This document shows positions 28,997-39,021 of a stretch of DNA of 64,000 nucleotides, piece after piece (position 1 is the stretch's first letter; each line of letters opens with the position of its first letter). The position numbers were made by a program, and so were the translations under genes. Source of the DNA: a virus (lineage: Duplodnaviria; Heunggongvirae; Uroviricota; Caudoviricetes); the IMG/VR virus record IMGVR_UViG_3300035520_000350, positions 160,466 through 224,465 of that record. One strand, 5' to 3'. The notes beneath the pieces were generated by a model that ran no database searches, was not told the origin of the DNA, and saw only the letters and a program-made list of their open reading frames with translations.

Positions 28997-31228
28997 ATGG
29001 CTAATCTTAAGTTTACAGATAAGGTTAATGAAGCTTCAGAGAAGTTGTCTTCAATGGAGCAAATGTTCGGCAAAAACCTACTCCAGCCGTTTACTAACAC
29101 AAATGCTGGAGCACGAAAGATTATGCATGGTACTCATAGAGACCATGTATTTCCATTAATGCATGGAGAAAAAGCTATAGTAGAAACTGGCTATGAAAAT
29201 AGATTCGGAGATTACTCTTCGTCTATCACAGCCGCTGACTCTGATTATAGAGTCATAGCAAAGATTTCGAAGTTTTCATTCTCCCCTAATCATCATTATT
29301 ATCTCATCATTCAGGATATGGTGAATAATAAGCTTGATGTAGTAGAGAGAATTTCATATCATCATATAACAGAAGGTTATGGATACTTGTATAATAATGA
29401 GTATCTTGATTCTTTACAGCCAGGGTCTATGATACCAAACGGAGCAGTTGTGCAGAAGTCTCTGGCGTTTGATGAATATAACAATAGAAAAGATGGAGTA
29501 AACTTCAATGTGGCTTACATGGCTTTAGACGACAATATGGAGGATAGTGTCCTCTTTAGTGATGTAGCAGCTAGTAAGTTAACAGCTCCTCTTATCAAAC
29601 CTGTAACAATAACAATCAATGAGAATGACATTCCTCTTAACCTATATGGAAATGATAAGATGTATAAGTCTATTCCAGATATAGGTGAGGAAATCAATGA
29701 TGCTATCCTAATCGGATTGAGAAAGGAAAAGAAGGATGAAGCATTGTTCATGCAGTCTACTCAGAGACTGAAAGAACTTATGCTTTCTGACGAGAAGTAT
29801 ACACTTCATGGAAGAGTAATAGATATCAATATCTATTGTAATAATCCAGAGAATCTTGATGGGTTATATTATGCTCAGTTTAAGATGTATTATAACGAAC
29901 TTCAGCGTATGTCCGCTGAAATAGTTACAACAATAACACCTTATGCAGCTCAGGGTTATGAAATGACTTATGAGTTACAGAAGTTGTTTGCTAATGCAAA
30001 GAGAGTATGCAACAAAGATCAGTATATGGAGAAGAGATTATTCTCTTTCCTTATTGTAGAGGTTGTAGTACTTGAAGAGAAAGAACTTGAGATTGGAGAT
30101 AAGACATCTAACCGTTTCGGTGGCAAAGGTGTTATATCAAGAATCATTCCTCAGAAGTTTATGCCAACGTTTGGAGATGGAGAATATGTTGACGTTATTA
30201 TGAATTCTTCTACTATGTATAATAGAGAGAATCCTGGTCAGCTATTTGAGTTATCTCTTACACACATTGGTTGTGAGATAATCAAGTATATAAAGAAGAG
30301 CAATGTAAACCCTAATGAAGCAATAGAGTTGATATTGAAGTATGCAACTTTAGTATCTGCTGAATTAGGTAATGCTATGAGGGATTACCTCATGAATTTA
30401 AGTGAGGAGAATAGAATCCTATACTTAGAAAACTTAATGAGAGATGGATGCATTCATCTGTCTATCAAACCGGCAACAGAATCTATGGATATTGATAGAT
30501 TAGCTGATATCTATAAACAGTTCCCATTCATTGAACAGACGGAGATCAAAGTTCCGATGGTTGGCTCTGATGGTAAAGTCAGATACGTTCCTACTAGAAG
30601 AAGAATCGTTGTAGGAAAGCAGTATATGTTTAGACTTAAGCAGTTTGCAGAAGAGAAATTTAGCGCAACAAACTTGTCCGCTACAAATATCAGAAATGAG
30701 AACACTAAGTCTAAAGCTAATAGAGAGTATAAAGAGCTACATTCTAATACTCCTATTAGATTTGGCAATATGGAATCCAACGACCTTAACCATATTGGTT
30801 CAGAACACGTAGTAGCTAATATGCTTGTCCATTCTCTTTCACCACATGGAAGACGACTGACAGAACAGATGTATACTGGCGAACCATTTAAGGTAGATAT
30901 TAAGTTAGATTCTGATTCTAAGAATCGTATGGCTGAGATAGCTATCACATATCTCAAGACTATAGGAAAGAGGTTAAAGTTCCTTAAGGTAAAGAAGAAG
31001 ATACAACCGGCTATAGTAGAATGTCCAGTTACTATGTATAAGCCGCCAGTAGAAGAACCGATCTTCTTTAATGCAGAACCTGGTTTTGACTTCGAGAAAG
31101 ACTTCCAGGAAAGACAGAGAATAGCAGAGAAGAGACTTAGAAATAAGAAGAAAGTCGAACCGGCTATCTATTATGAACCAAGAAGCTATGATACTATGAA
31201 CAAACTAAAAGAAGGAGAAGACCTTTAA
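28997..31228 (+). CDS. RNA polymerase beta-like subunit, C-terminal part (probably non-virion RNAP)
   Basis: NMEDS, GDKTSNRFGGKGVIS, NRENPGQLFE, YMFRLKQ, IRFGNME; start 28997 after AAGGAGG. Confidence 0.92.
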   Translation: MANLKFTDKVNEASEKLSSMEQMFGKNLLQPFTNTNAGARKIMHGTHRDHVFPLMHGEKAIVETGYENRFGDYSSSITAADSDYRVIAKISKFSFSPNHHYYLIIQDMVNNKLDVVERISYHHITEGYGYLYNNEYLDSLQPGSMIPNGAVVQKSLAFDEYNNRKDGVNFNVAYMALDDNMEDSVLFSDVAASKLTAPLIKPVTITINENDIPLNLYGNDKMYKSIPDIGEEINDAILIGLRKEKKDEALFMQSTQRLKELMLSDEKYTLHGRVIDINIYCNNPENLDGLYYAQFKMYYNELQRMSAEIVTTITPYAAQGYEMTYELQKLFANAKRVCNKDQYMEKRLFSFLIVEVVVLEEKELEIGDKTSNRFGGKGVISRIIPQKFMPTFGDGEYVDVIMNSSTMYNRENPGQLFELSLTHIGCEIIKYIKKSNVNPNEAIELILKYATLVSAELGNAMRDYLMNLSEENRILYLENLMRDGCIHLSIKPATESMDIDRLADIYKQFPFIEQTEIKVPMVGSDGKVRYVPTRRRIVVGKQYMFRLKQFAEEKFSATNLSATNIRNENTKSKANREYKELHSNTPIRFGNMESNDLNHIGSEHVVANMLVHSLSPHGRRLTEQMYTGEPFKVDIKLDSDSKNRMAEIAITYLKTIGKRLKFLKVKKKIQPAIVECPVTMYKPPVEEPIFFNAEPGFDFEKDFQERQRIAEKRLRNKKKVEPAIYYEPRSYDTMNKLKEGEDL

Positions 31229-31244
31229 TAGGTCTTCTCTTTTT
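31214..31244 (+). terminator. intrinsic terminator
   Basis: GAGAAGACCT-ttaat-AGGTCTTCTC plus T-run. Confidence 0.7.
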
Positions 31245-31267
31245 ATATATCAAAGGAGGACAATGAA

Positions 31268-31924
31268 ATGAGCAAGAATGTAGTATTTGATTTTGATGGA
31301 GTGATCCACAGTTACACCAGTGGGTGGTTAGGAGTTACCATTATTCCTGATCCACCTGTTAATGGAATTGGATTAGCAATAGAGTCCATTAGAAGAGAAG
31401 GATATAACGTGATAGTTCAGTCTACACGTTGTTCTACACCGGAAGGAGTAAGAGCTGTCAAGGATTATCTTGATAAGTATAATATCACTGTAGATGATAT
31501 CACAAGTGATAAGCCACCAGCAGTAGCCTATATAGATGATAGAGCTATATGCTTTGATGGTCATCCAGAGACATTGCTTAAGAAAGTTAAGCAGTTTAAG
31601 CCTTGGAACAATACTCATAAGTTTCAGGAGTGCTGGGTTTACGGAAAGAGATGTCTGTTCTGTATTGATAGGATAGACAGAGATGAATATCCGGCATTGA
31701 ACAGATACGAGTTGATGTATGACGACAATGATGAGCCTACCTCAATGCAGACAGATGTTCTTGTGAACTTCTATGGTTCTGTATTGAGTCCGACTATCTT
31801 AATAGATCGTTCAAACAGAAACTATTATGCTAGTAACGGAAATCTTGGAGTAAACTTTAATAAAGGTGAACTTGAGATTTCGAACAACATGATTACTATG
31901 GAAGAGTTCATGGGAGGAAGATAA
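31268..31924 (+). CDS. HAD-family phosphatase fused to an LPD28-like domain
   Basis: VVFDFDGV, KPPA.AYIDDRA; C-terminal RIDRDEYP...YELMYDD.DEP....VLVNFYGSVL. Confidence 0.7.
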   Translation: MSKNVVFDFDGVIHSYTSGWLGVTIIPDPPVNGIGLAIESIRREGYNVIVQSTRCSTPEGVRAVKDYLDKYNITVDDITSDKPPAVAYIDDRAICFDGHPETLLKKVKQFKPWNNTHKFQECWVYGKRCLFCIDRIDRDEYPALNRYELMYDDNDEPTSMQTDVLVNFYGSVLSPTILIDRSNRNYYASNGNLGVNFNKGELEISNNMITMEEFMGGR

Positions 31925-34305
31925 TGGAACAAATCAAGTTAGATCTGTCCTTTATAAGGGATACTTTTTATGAGTATCTCTTAAGAGGAGATCCTAGTGT
32001 ATTGACCGATGCAAACATCTGTGCTTTGAATCAAATAGCTATGAGATTGTATTGGCTAGAGAAAGAAGAGATGAATGATGACTGTGTTGAATGTCTGAAG
32101 TATATCATCATGATCTGTAATCTATTGTATAATAGAACAGATATGGAGGTGCTTCCGATTGAAGACGGAGTATATGATTTACTCTTAGAGAAGTATAAGG
32201 TATTTGATCCACACTTTCAAGTTGGGTCTGCAGTAGTAGATTTTAGATCTACCATACCAAAAGACTTTGATAGGAAAGAACCAGTATGCCCTATTGTGTT
32301 TCTGGAGAAGAGAAAAGAATCTGATGATCCAATAGTGCAACACATCAGGGCTAATATAATGAGAGATGGTTTACCAATACTGAACTTTGAAGATACAAAT
32401 CAATGTCCAGTAGTATTTGGTAACCAGACTATCAGTAAAAGAACTCATACTACAGAGCATAACCATCCAAGCTTAGTTGGAACTTTAGATAAGTCCAAGT
32501 TTGTATTGATGGTAGATGCTGTAAATATGGGAGTAGCAGAAGATCCTAACGTTAAGATTCTTGAGAGAGATTTCTTTCAGGAGCATATTAAGGCTGGGAT
32601 CATTACACCAAATCAGAGACTTGAAATGGTATTAGAGTTGAAATACGATGGACTATCTGTAGAAGCAGATTGTACCAATATTGTAGAGTCAGCTCGTACT
32701 AGAGGAGATACTGGTATTGGAGTAGCAGCAGATATATCACCTATCTTGTATGGTTATCTCTTTAAACATGCTAAGAGTAGAGAGAATGCTAATCCGATAG
32801 GTGTTAAGTTTGAAGCAATTATGACAAGAACAGCACTAGCTCAATTCAATATAGCTAGGAATACTACCTATGCTAATTGTAGAACGGCTATAATTGGTTT
32901 GTTTGGTGCTGGAGATGCATATCTCTATAGAGACTATATCACATTAGTACCACTTGCTGTTGATAGAAATGATGTACCAGAGATTCAGAATAGAATTGAT
33001 GAGATCAATTTCACCAATGAGTTTTATAGGTCTAATGGAGAGCCCTTGAGATATTGCGTTATACGTGGTAACTATGTAGAATGCTTGTACCAGATTAAGA
33101 AGTTTCAGGAAGAAGCAAAAGCTGCAAGAGAATATCTGGATTTTATGTATGATGGAATTGTAGTGTCATATTTAGATCCGGATATATGTGAAAGACTTGG
33201 CAGAGTAAACTATATCAACAAGTATAGCATGGCTGTCAAGTTCGATCCGTTATGTAAGACTACTACATTCAGAGGTTATACCTATGAAGTAGGACAGACA
33301 GGTACAATAATTCCTATAATCCATTATGATCCAGTGGAGTTCTATGGAACTATTCATACCAAATGCTCTGGAGCTAGTTTAGCTAGATTCCAAGAGTTGT
33401 CTTTAAAGTACGGAGATCATATAGACGTCACTTATGTAAATGATGTGATGCCATATGTAACAAAGCCAGACTGTGAATATAACAGAAATAATCCGAATCC
33501 TGTTATACTTCCACCAGAAATATGCCCTGTATGCGGGTCTAAACTGGTAGTCTCAGAATCCGGAAAAACTCTAAAATGCGAAAATCTTGAATGTCCCGCT
33601 AGATTAGTGGGGAGAACAGTAAATATGCTCTCTAAGCTCAATCTTAAGGGATTTGGTAAGTCAATGATTGAAGCAATAGGTGTTTATAATCTTAGAGATC
33701 TTATGAATCTTGATAGAGAATATCTTGCACCTAGAATAGGAGAAGGAAACGCTAGTAACTTCTTAGAGATAATGGATAGATTGAAAACCGAACCAATTTA
33801 TGATTATCAAATCATAGGTTCTTTAGGATTCACTAACGTAGGAGCTAAGAAGTGGCAAATTATCTTTAGTCAAATCACTCTAAAGAATTTGATTGAACTG
33901 TATGACTACGATGTAGACAACTTCTATGCCGTATTGTCTAACAAGTTTAAAGGCATTGGACCAATCACCTCTGAATGTGTGACCTTAGAGATGGATGGTT
34001 TTATCGACGATATTCGATACATCATAGACAATATGCCTAATGTAAAGGATTCAATGTACCCAGTAACTGGTAAACAGATACGATTCACTGGCTGTAGAAA
34101 CTTACAGCTAGAGAAACAACTATGTAATGAAGGACACGATGCAAACTCAAATGCATCTGTTACTAAACAAACTGATATCTTGCTTGTCCCATATGAGGGA
34201 TATACAAGTACCAAAACAAAGAGGATGCCTGATGCAGGAATCATTGTATCAATACAAGATTTCATGAACAATCCTCAATACTATCTTGGGCTAAATCGTC
34301 AGTAG
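31924..34305 (+). CDS. ligA: NAD-dependent DNA ligase
   Basis: IEDGVYD, ELKYDG, TRGD, YDGIVV, AVKF, Zn finger CPVC...C...C, C-terminal BRCT (IRFTG). Confidence 0.92.
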   Translation: MEQIKLDLSFIRDTFYEYLLRGDPSVLTDANICALNQIAMRLYWLEKEEMNDDCVECLKYIIMICNLLYNRTDMEVLPIEDGVYDLLLEKYKVFDPHFQVGSAVVDFRSTIPKDFDRKEPVCPIVFLEKRKESDDPIVQHIRANIMRDGLPILNFEDTNQCPVVFGNQTISKRTHTTEHNHPSLVGTLDKSKFVLMVDAVNMGVAEDPNVKILERDFFQEHIKAGIITPNQRLEMVLELKYDGLSVEADCTNIVESARTRGDTGIGVAADISPILYGYLFKHAKSRENANPIGVKFEAIMTRTALAQFNIARNTTYANCRTAIIGLFGAGDAYLYRDYITLVPLAVDRNDVPEIQNRIDEINFTNEFYRSNGEPLRYCVIRGNYVECLYQIKKFQEEAKAAREYLDFMYDGIVVSYLDPDICERLGRVNYINKYSMAVKFDPLCKTTTFRGYTYEVGQTGTIIPIIHYDPVEFYGTIHTKCSGASLARFQELSLKYGDHIDVTYVNDVMPYVTKPDCEYNRNNPNPVILPPEICPVCGSKLVVSESGKTLKCENLECPARLVGRTVNMLSKLNLKGFGKSMIEAIGVYNLRDLMNLDREYLAPRIGEGNASNFLEIMDRLKTEPIYDYQIIGSLGFTNVGAKKWQIIFSQITLKNLIELYDYDVDNFYAVLSNKFKGIGPITSECVTLEMDGFIDDIRYIIDNMPNVKDSMYPVTGKQIRFTGCRNLQLEKQLCNEGHDANSNASVTKQTDILLVPYEGYTSTKTKRMPDAGIIVSIQDFMNNPQYYLGLNRQ

Positions 34306-34309
34306 GTAA

Positions 34310-34317
34310 TATATTAT
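34310..34317 (+). promoter_or_regulatory. early-type promoter TATATTAT
   Basis: recurrent motif. Confidence 0.6.
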
Positions 34318-34370
34318 ATTGACGATAAGCATAAAAAGTTTATCAATTAATTTAAGGAGGGTCATTAGAA

Positions 34371-34982
34371 ATGGCAATGTTAAAACTTATGGAAACATCG
34401 ATTCCGGAACTCTATTCAAGAGGACTGTATGATGTGAAAGGATTTGATCTCGGAGCAGCGGTTACAGACAAGATGGCAGACGTCTTCTTTACCGGTGTTT
34501 CAACAGCATTAAGAGATGTGAAAAGCAAAGAGATTCCGACGGCTTTCGTATTCGAGGAGCCGAATATGGAGATGAGTGTAGCGGCAATCGTACGCTTCAT
34601 TCCGGCAGAGGAAGATTCCAATGCTCCTGGACATTGGAACTATGTATGGACATTCTACAAGGAAGATATTCCGGAGAATGCTCGTATTATCAGATTGAAA
34701 GATACAGATTTCCAGGTTTATTTCCGGACAATTGCAGGTCAGAAGTTCGTAATGGGATTCAAGAGCCCGTCAGCTATGGTGGATTGTGGTAACTTCCTGA
34801 TGAAGCAGATCAAGCAGTGGCTGGCAGACAATGCAAAGCCGGGCGAAGAAGTTGGTGTTGAACTCGATGGAGTATTCCAGGCGAGAGCTGAGGTCAACAG
34901 TAACGGTGAGGTAGACATGGCTATCGAAGTGATCGGCGAGACAAAGGCTATTATCAAGAGTGATGCCGATGTAGAGGTATAG
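34371..34982 (+). CDS. hypothetical early protein
   Basis: AAGGAGG RBS, GC-richer codons, own promoter and terminator. Confidence 0.8.
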   Translation: MAMLKLMETSIPELYSRGLYDVKGFDLGAAVTDKMADVFFTGVSTALRDVKSKEIPTAFVFEEPNMEMSVAAIVRFIPAEEDSNAPGHWNYVWTFYKEDIPENARIIRLKDTDFQVYFRTIAGQKFVMGFKSPSAMVDCGNFLMKQIKQWLADNAKPGEEVGVELDGVFQARAEVNSNGEVDMAIEVIGETKAIIKSDADVEV

Positions 34983-35014
34983 TCCATATCTCTAACAATG
35001 CTACTTAAAACCTT

Positions 35015-35054
35015 AATGGAAGGATGATGTAATGTCATCCTTCCATTTATTTTT
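35015..35054 (+). terminator. intrinsic terminator
   Basis: TGGAAGGATGA...TCATCCTTCCA then TTTATTTTT. Confidence 0.7.
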
Positions 35055-35075
35055 AGAAGGAAGTGAGAAACCAAT

Positions 35076-35723
35076 ATGGAAATGAAGAAGGCTAAGGTAG
35101 AAAATAGGATGCTTGCAGTAGCTTCTTATGATGAGTATACAAAGCATCCTGAGTTATACGCCAATACAAGTACTGGCGTAGAATTCGAGCACGATGGAAA
35201 GAACTATGTTCTTCCACATCGAAATTCTTCATATACTCCTGATAGACCTGGAGTGTATGATTGCGGAGTAATCAATAGGTTCGTTCTGCCAACAGAAGAG
35301 AACGAAGAAGATTATACTGGTCAGGTAATTGATCTTTCTGATGTAGACAATATAGGAGAGTTAACAAAGAAGATGGATCTTCTTAAGGATATGGAGAGAG
35401 AAATTCTCACATCTCCGGATAGCATCTTTACTCCTATTATCACAGATAAGGATTCTCCTATTATGAGAGGATTAAAAGAAGCTGTGATAGCAAAGAACAT
35501 TGATTTGGATAAGTATGCTGATCGTTTTGGGGATAACTTCCCTAATGATAAGCGACAGTTCAAGAGAGATGATATGACATTGTTTATGTTTAACAGAATG
35601 TGTCAGAATCTCGATATCAAAGCCCAACTCATTATTGAGGATAGTGAGTGTAATGTACCAAATCCAATCGGTCGTAAGATAGTAATAGACTTAGTTGGAG
35701 GTGGTTCAGAAGAAGATAATTAA
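35076..35723 (+). CDS. hypothetical protein, possible C-terminal XRE-like HTH
   Basis: DMTLFMFNRMCQNLD resembles the end of a Cro/C1 HTH; weak. Confidence 0.6.
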   Translation: MEMKKAKVENRMLAVASYDEYTKHPELYANTSTGVEFEHDGKNYVLPHRNSSYTPDRPGVYDCGVINRFVLPTEENEEDYTGQVIDLSDVDNIGELTKKMDLLKDMEREILTSPDSIFTPIITDKDSPIMRGLKEAVIAKNIDLDKYADRFGDNFPNDKRQFKRDDMTLFMFNRMCQNLDIKAQLIIEDSECNVPNPIGRKIVIDLVGGGSEEDN

Positions 35724-35747
35724 AACTTTCTTTACTATTAGTAATAA

Positions 35748-35755
35748 TATATTAC
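35748..35755 (+). promoter_or_regulatory. early-type promoter TATATTAC
   Basis: exact phiKZ-type early consensus upstream of an RNAP subunit. Confidence 0.65.
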
Positions 35756-35779
35756 AACTAAGGAAGGAGGGAACCTCTA

Positions 35780-37585
35780 ATGAATTTAACACAGGCTGAA
35801 TTTATGAGAGGCTATAATGATCAACACAGAGAGCAGTTCAATCCTGAGTTGTTTGAACGCAACAATCAGGATATCATAGATGCTGTATCTAAGGTTATTT
35901 ACTCTTGTGAAAGAGATAAGTACTTCACTCTCAAAGTGTTATCTATTAGATCAATAGAGAACTATGAAGAGGTCTATAATACATTAAGAGATCACGAAGA
36001 GAACCGTCGTAAAGAAGGTGATAGAGGTGATAACTTATATGACCTCATCAATATCAAAGACTCAGATATTATGCTTCTTGAGGTAAGATACTTCATTAGA
36101 CATAATGGTACTGAGAAACAAAAGATAGATGGTAAGATGGTAGACGTAGTGAATCCAGAGAAGATTCTCCAAGTACTCATTGCGTTACCAAGATTTGTTA
36201 AGAAGTATTACTTCTATCTCAACGGAAACTATTATAATGCTACTAGCCAGATTGTTGATGGTTCTACCTATAACAACAGTACGGCTAATAACAGTAAGAC
36301 AGATTCTGTTACGCAAAAGACTATGTTCCACAACCCAAAAGTGTTCAGAATGTTTAGAGATATGACAGATATCAATACTGGAAGAAAAGATAGGAATATT
36401 ATCTATACTTCCATTATCTTCAATAACCATCTCAACTGTATGTATTACATTCTGGCGGCATATGGGTTACAGTACACCACAGAATTCCTGAATATCCATA
36501 ACGTACTTGTGTCTCAAGTACCTATTACTCAGGAAGGATGGAGTTGTTATAAGAGACATGACTTGTATGTAGCAATGCCAACAGATGATCCTGATCCAAT
36601 AACACAGTCATTCTTAGTGACTATCTATGATGCTATTGGTAAGGAAACCACAATCAATGATCTATTCAATCAGCGATTCTGGTTAAAGAATCTTGGAATG
36701 ACTTTCAAGAATGCTACTGTAGAGAAAGGGTTATTTATACTTGACTCTATAGAGTCTATCTACGATCAGATTACTCAGGAGCAATTACATCTTCCAGAAG
36801 ATAAGAAGAATAATGTATATAAGCTTCTGAGATGGCTTATGAGAGAATTTCCATCTCTTAGAGCTAAAGACAATGTAGATGTAACAACGAAGAAGAGATG
36901 TATAGCTGAGTATATAGCTCGTACTTATGCAACTAAACTTTCTACTGGTATTCATAGAATATCTGACAATGGTAAGAAGGTTACGTTGAAAGGTGTTGAA
37001 AGAGCTATATACACAAATCCTATGTATGTAATCAAGTCTATAATGTGTATGAACAACTTAGTTGATTATGTAGATATGGTTAACGATAACGATGCTACAA
37101 CAGCCCTTAAGTTTACTTATAAGGGTATAGCAGGACTTGGTGAAGATGGTTCAGCCATTCAGCCAGTATATCGTTATGTAGATCCAAGTCATATTGGTAT
37201 CCTTGATCTTGATGTTTCTTCTACATCTGATCCGGGAATGTCTGGTATGATTTGTCCAATGACTAAACTCTACGATGGTGGGTTCTTTAGTCAATATCAG
37301 GAGCCAGACAATTGGGAGGAACAGTATGGTTACCTGCAGGAGCAATATAAGCACAGAGGAAACGCTCAGAGTCCATTTGTTGATGGACAACAGTTTCCAG
37401 AGGTTGATCCAGATCTTAATAGAAATAAGATCATTGAGGAGTGTCTTGAGTTAGATAAACCTCAATGTCCAATCTATAATCTAAAAGATCCGCATATGGA
37501 TTACACATCACTTGCAGAGCAAAATAAGCCGCAAGAGACTCGTGCTATAAAGTCTCTCTTTACTATAAGAAAAGATGAGGAGTAA
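35780..37585 (+). CDS. RNA polymerase beta-like subunit, N-terminal part (probably non-virion RNAP)
   Basis: FYLNGNYY...QI; RYVDPSHIGILDLDVSSTSDPGMSG aligns with rpoB [24 protein letters not shown]. Confidence 0.85.
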   Translation: MNLTQAEFMRGYNDQHREQFNPELFERNNQDIIDAVSKVIYSCERDKYFTLKVLSIRSIENYEEVYNTLRDHEENRRKEGDRGDNLYDLINIKDSDIMLLEVRYFIRHNGTEKQKIDGKMVDVVNPEKILQVLIALPRFVKKYYFYLNGNYYNATSQIVDGSTYNNSTANNSKTDSVTQKTMFHNPKVFRMFRDMTDINTGRKDRNIIYTSIIFNNHLNCMYYILAAYGLQYTTEFLNIHNVLVSQVPITQEGWSCYKRHDLYVAMPTDDPDPITQSFLVTIYDAIGKETTINDLFNQRFWLKNLGMTFKNATVEKGLFILDSIESIYDQITQEQLHLPEDKKNNVYKLLRWLMREFPSLRAKDNVDVTTKKRCIAEYIARTYATKLSTGIHRISDNGKKVTLKGVERAIYTNPMYVIKSIMCMNNLVDYVDMVNDNDATTALKFTYKGIAGLGEDGSAIQPVYRYVDPSHIGILDLDVSSTSDPGMSGMICPMTKLYDGGFFSQYQEPDNWEEQYGYLQEQYKHRGNAQSPFVDGQQFPEVDPDLNRNKIIEECLELDKPQCPIYNLKDPHMDYTSLAEQNKPQETRAIKSLFTIRKDEE

Positions 37586-37591
37586 AATCAA

Positions 37592-37846
37592 ATGGATACT
37601 TCAAGATATGTTTATTTCATGTATTCAGAGGAATACATTTCCAAGAAGAACAAGATCGAGTCCAGTATTGGACGTAGATTTGTATTAGGAACAGTGGTAG
37701 TCAATGGAGTTAAGAAAAATTATGCTTTCATGTCTACCTCAAAGCACTTTATGAACGAATATCCCGATGCGAAGATAGTAGCAGAGGGATATAACACCAA
37801 GATGAATTATACTGCACCATACGCAGAAGCAAAGAGGGGGAATTAA
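37592..37846 (+). CDS. hypothetical protein
   Basis: 84 aa, GAGGAG RBS. Confidence 0.65.
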   Translation: MDTSRYVYFMYSEEYISKKNKIESSIGRRFVLGTVVVNGVKKNYAFMSTSKHFMNEYPDAKIVAEGYNTKMNYTAPYAEAKRGN

Positions 37847-37848
37847 AA

Positions 37849-38607
37849 TTGATTAAGCATATTGAAACTAAAGTGTTAGACTGGATCTATAGATTAGTCT
37901 GCTTATACACTTATGGTGAGGATAATATTGATAAGAATCTTAAGCTTATCCTTAACAGATGTAGAGTGGATCGTATCAACAATGGTAAGGCATGGCACAT
38001 TTATAACTCATATCAGAAATACAAGGAGTTAGATTCTGTATACGAAACATCACTTAGTGTTGAAGAGTCTTTCTCTTACGTTAGAGATTCTTTCAGCACT
38101 GTCAAGGCTAAGAAGCTTGTTGTTATCGTGGTAGAGAGTGAAAAGAACGATAAGGGAGAAAGTGTTGCAGATCCATGTATTTACTTTGAAGATAAGAACA
38201 ATATCATTATCTTCATTGAGAAAGAAGTTCTTGAAGTAAAAGATCTTACTAGAACAGTGAGAGCTTTGTATGAATTAGCAATGGATGTAACTCATAATCT
38301 CTTAAAAGGAGATATAAAAATGACTAGTAATGAGTATAGAAATGGATTAGCTGATTTCCGTATTCTCATTGCTTCAATGTTTGTAAAGTCCACAATCAAT
38401 GATCTTCATCTGCAGGAGTATTTTGTTCCTGGTATATTACTTCGAGTATGTGAGAAGTATATCGATGATGTAACTGGCGTACCCCATGTAAATGATATAA
38501 TGGGATATATTGATGAGATCATTGATAAACTTGAGAACGGTGACTATGAATTGTGGTATTATCTTAGTGAGATATTCATGGAAGAACATGGGGAGAACGT
38601 AAAATAA
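37849..38607 (+). CDS. hypothetical protein
   Basis: 252 aa, TTG start after GAGGGG. Confidence 0.7.
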   Translation: MIKHIETKVLDWIYRLVCLYTYGEDNIDKNLKLILNRCRVDRINNGKAWHIYNSYQKYKELDSVYETSLSVEESFSYVRDSFSTVKAKKLVVIVVESEKNDKGESVADPCIYFEDKNNIIIFIEKEVLEVKDLTRTVRALYELAMDVTHNLLKGDIKMTSNEYRNGLADFRILIASMFVKSTINDLHLQEYFVPGILLRVCEKYIDDVTGVPHVNDIMGYIDEIIDKLENGDYELWYYLSEIFMEEHGENVK

Positions 38608-38620
38608 ACTTAACTCAATG

Positions 38621-38653
38621 GTGAACTAGGGTATAATCCCTAGTTCACTTTTT
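38621..38653 (+). terminator. intrinsic terminator
   Basis: GTGAACTAGGG-tataat-CCCTAGTTCAC plus T-run. Confidence 0.75.
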
Positions 38654-38674
38654 AGTCTTGGAGGTTTATTTTTT

Positions 38675-38962
38675 ATGAGAGATTATAACTATCCGGTTTA
38701 CTTCGGTAATAAGACATGCGTAGCGTGTGGAAGTAATACTTTAGTGCCTATAGATAAGATGGATAATATAAATACTAATCCTAAACCGTTCTATCCTATA
38801 TACAAGATGAGATGTAGAAGATGCGGTAGAGAGTACTTCATCAATTGGACTTCCTCTACAGATAATGGAGCTATTGATCTTAGTGTACCAATTGCTGTAT
38901 CTAAGAACTGTATAGATGAATTTATAGACTTCATTGAAGAAGAGTTAAATAAGTTGAACTAA
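38675..38962 (+). CDS. Zn-ribbon protein
   Basis: CVACG...CRRCG. Confidence 0.7.
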   Translation: MRDYNYPVYFGNKTCVACGSNTLVPIDKMDNINTNPKPFYPIYKMRCRRCGREYFINWTSSTDNGAIDLSVPIAVSKNCIDEFIDFIEEELNKLN

Positions 38963-39021
38963 TAGTTAATTCTTACCATAGTACTGACATTAATATAATG
39001 AAAATAGGAGCGATTAGAACG

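Noticed and set aside
33520-33600. ICPVC in the ligase as another copy of the shared tag
   Set aside because: It is the canonical LigA Zn-finger CPxC
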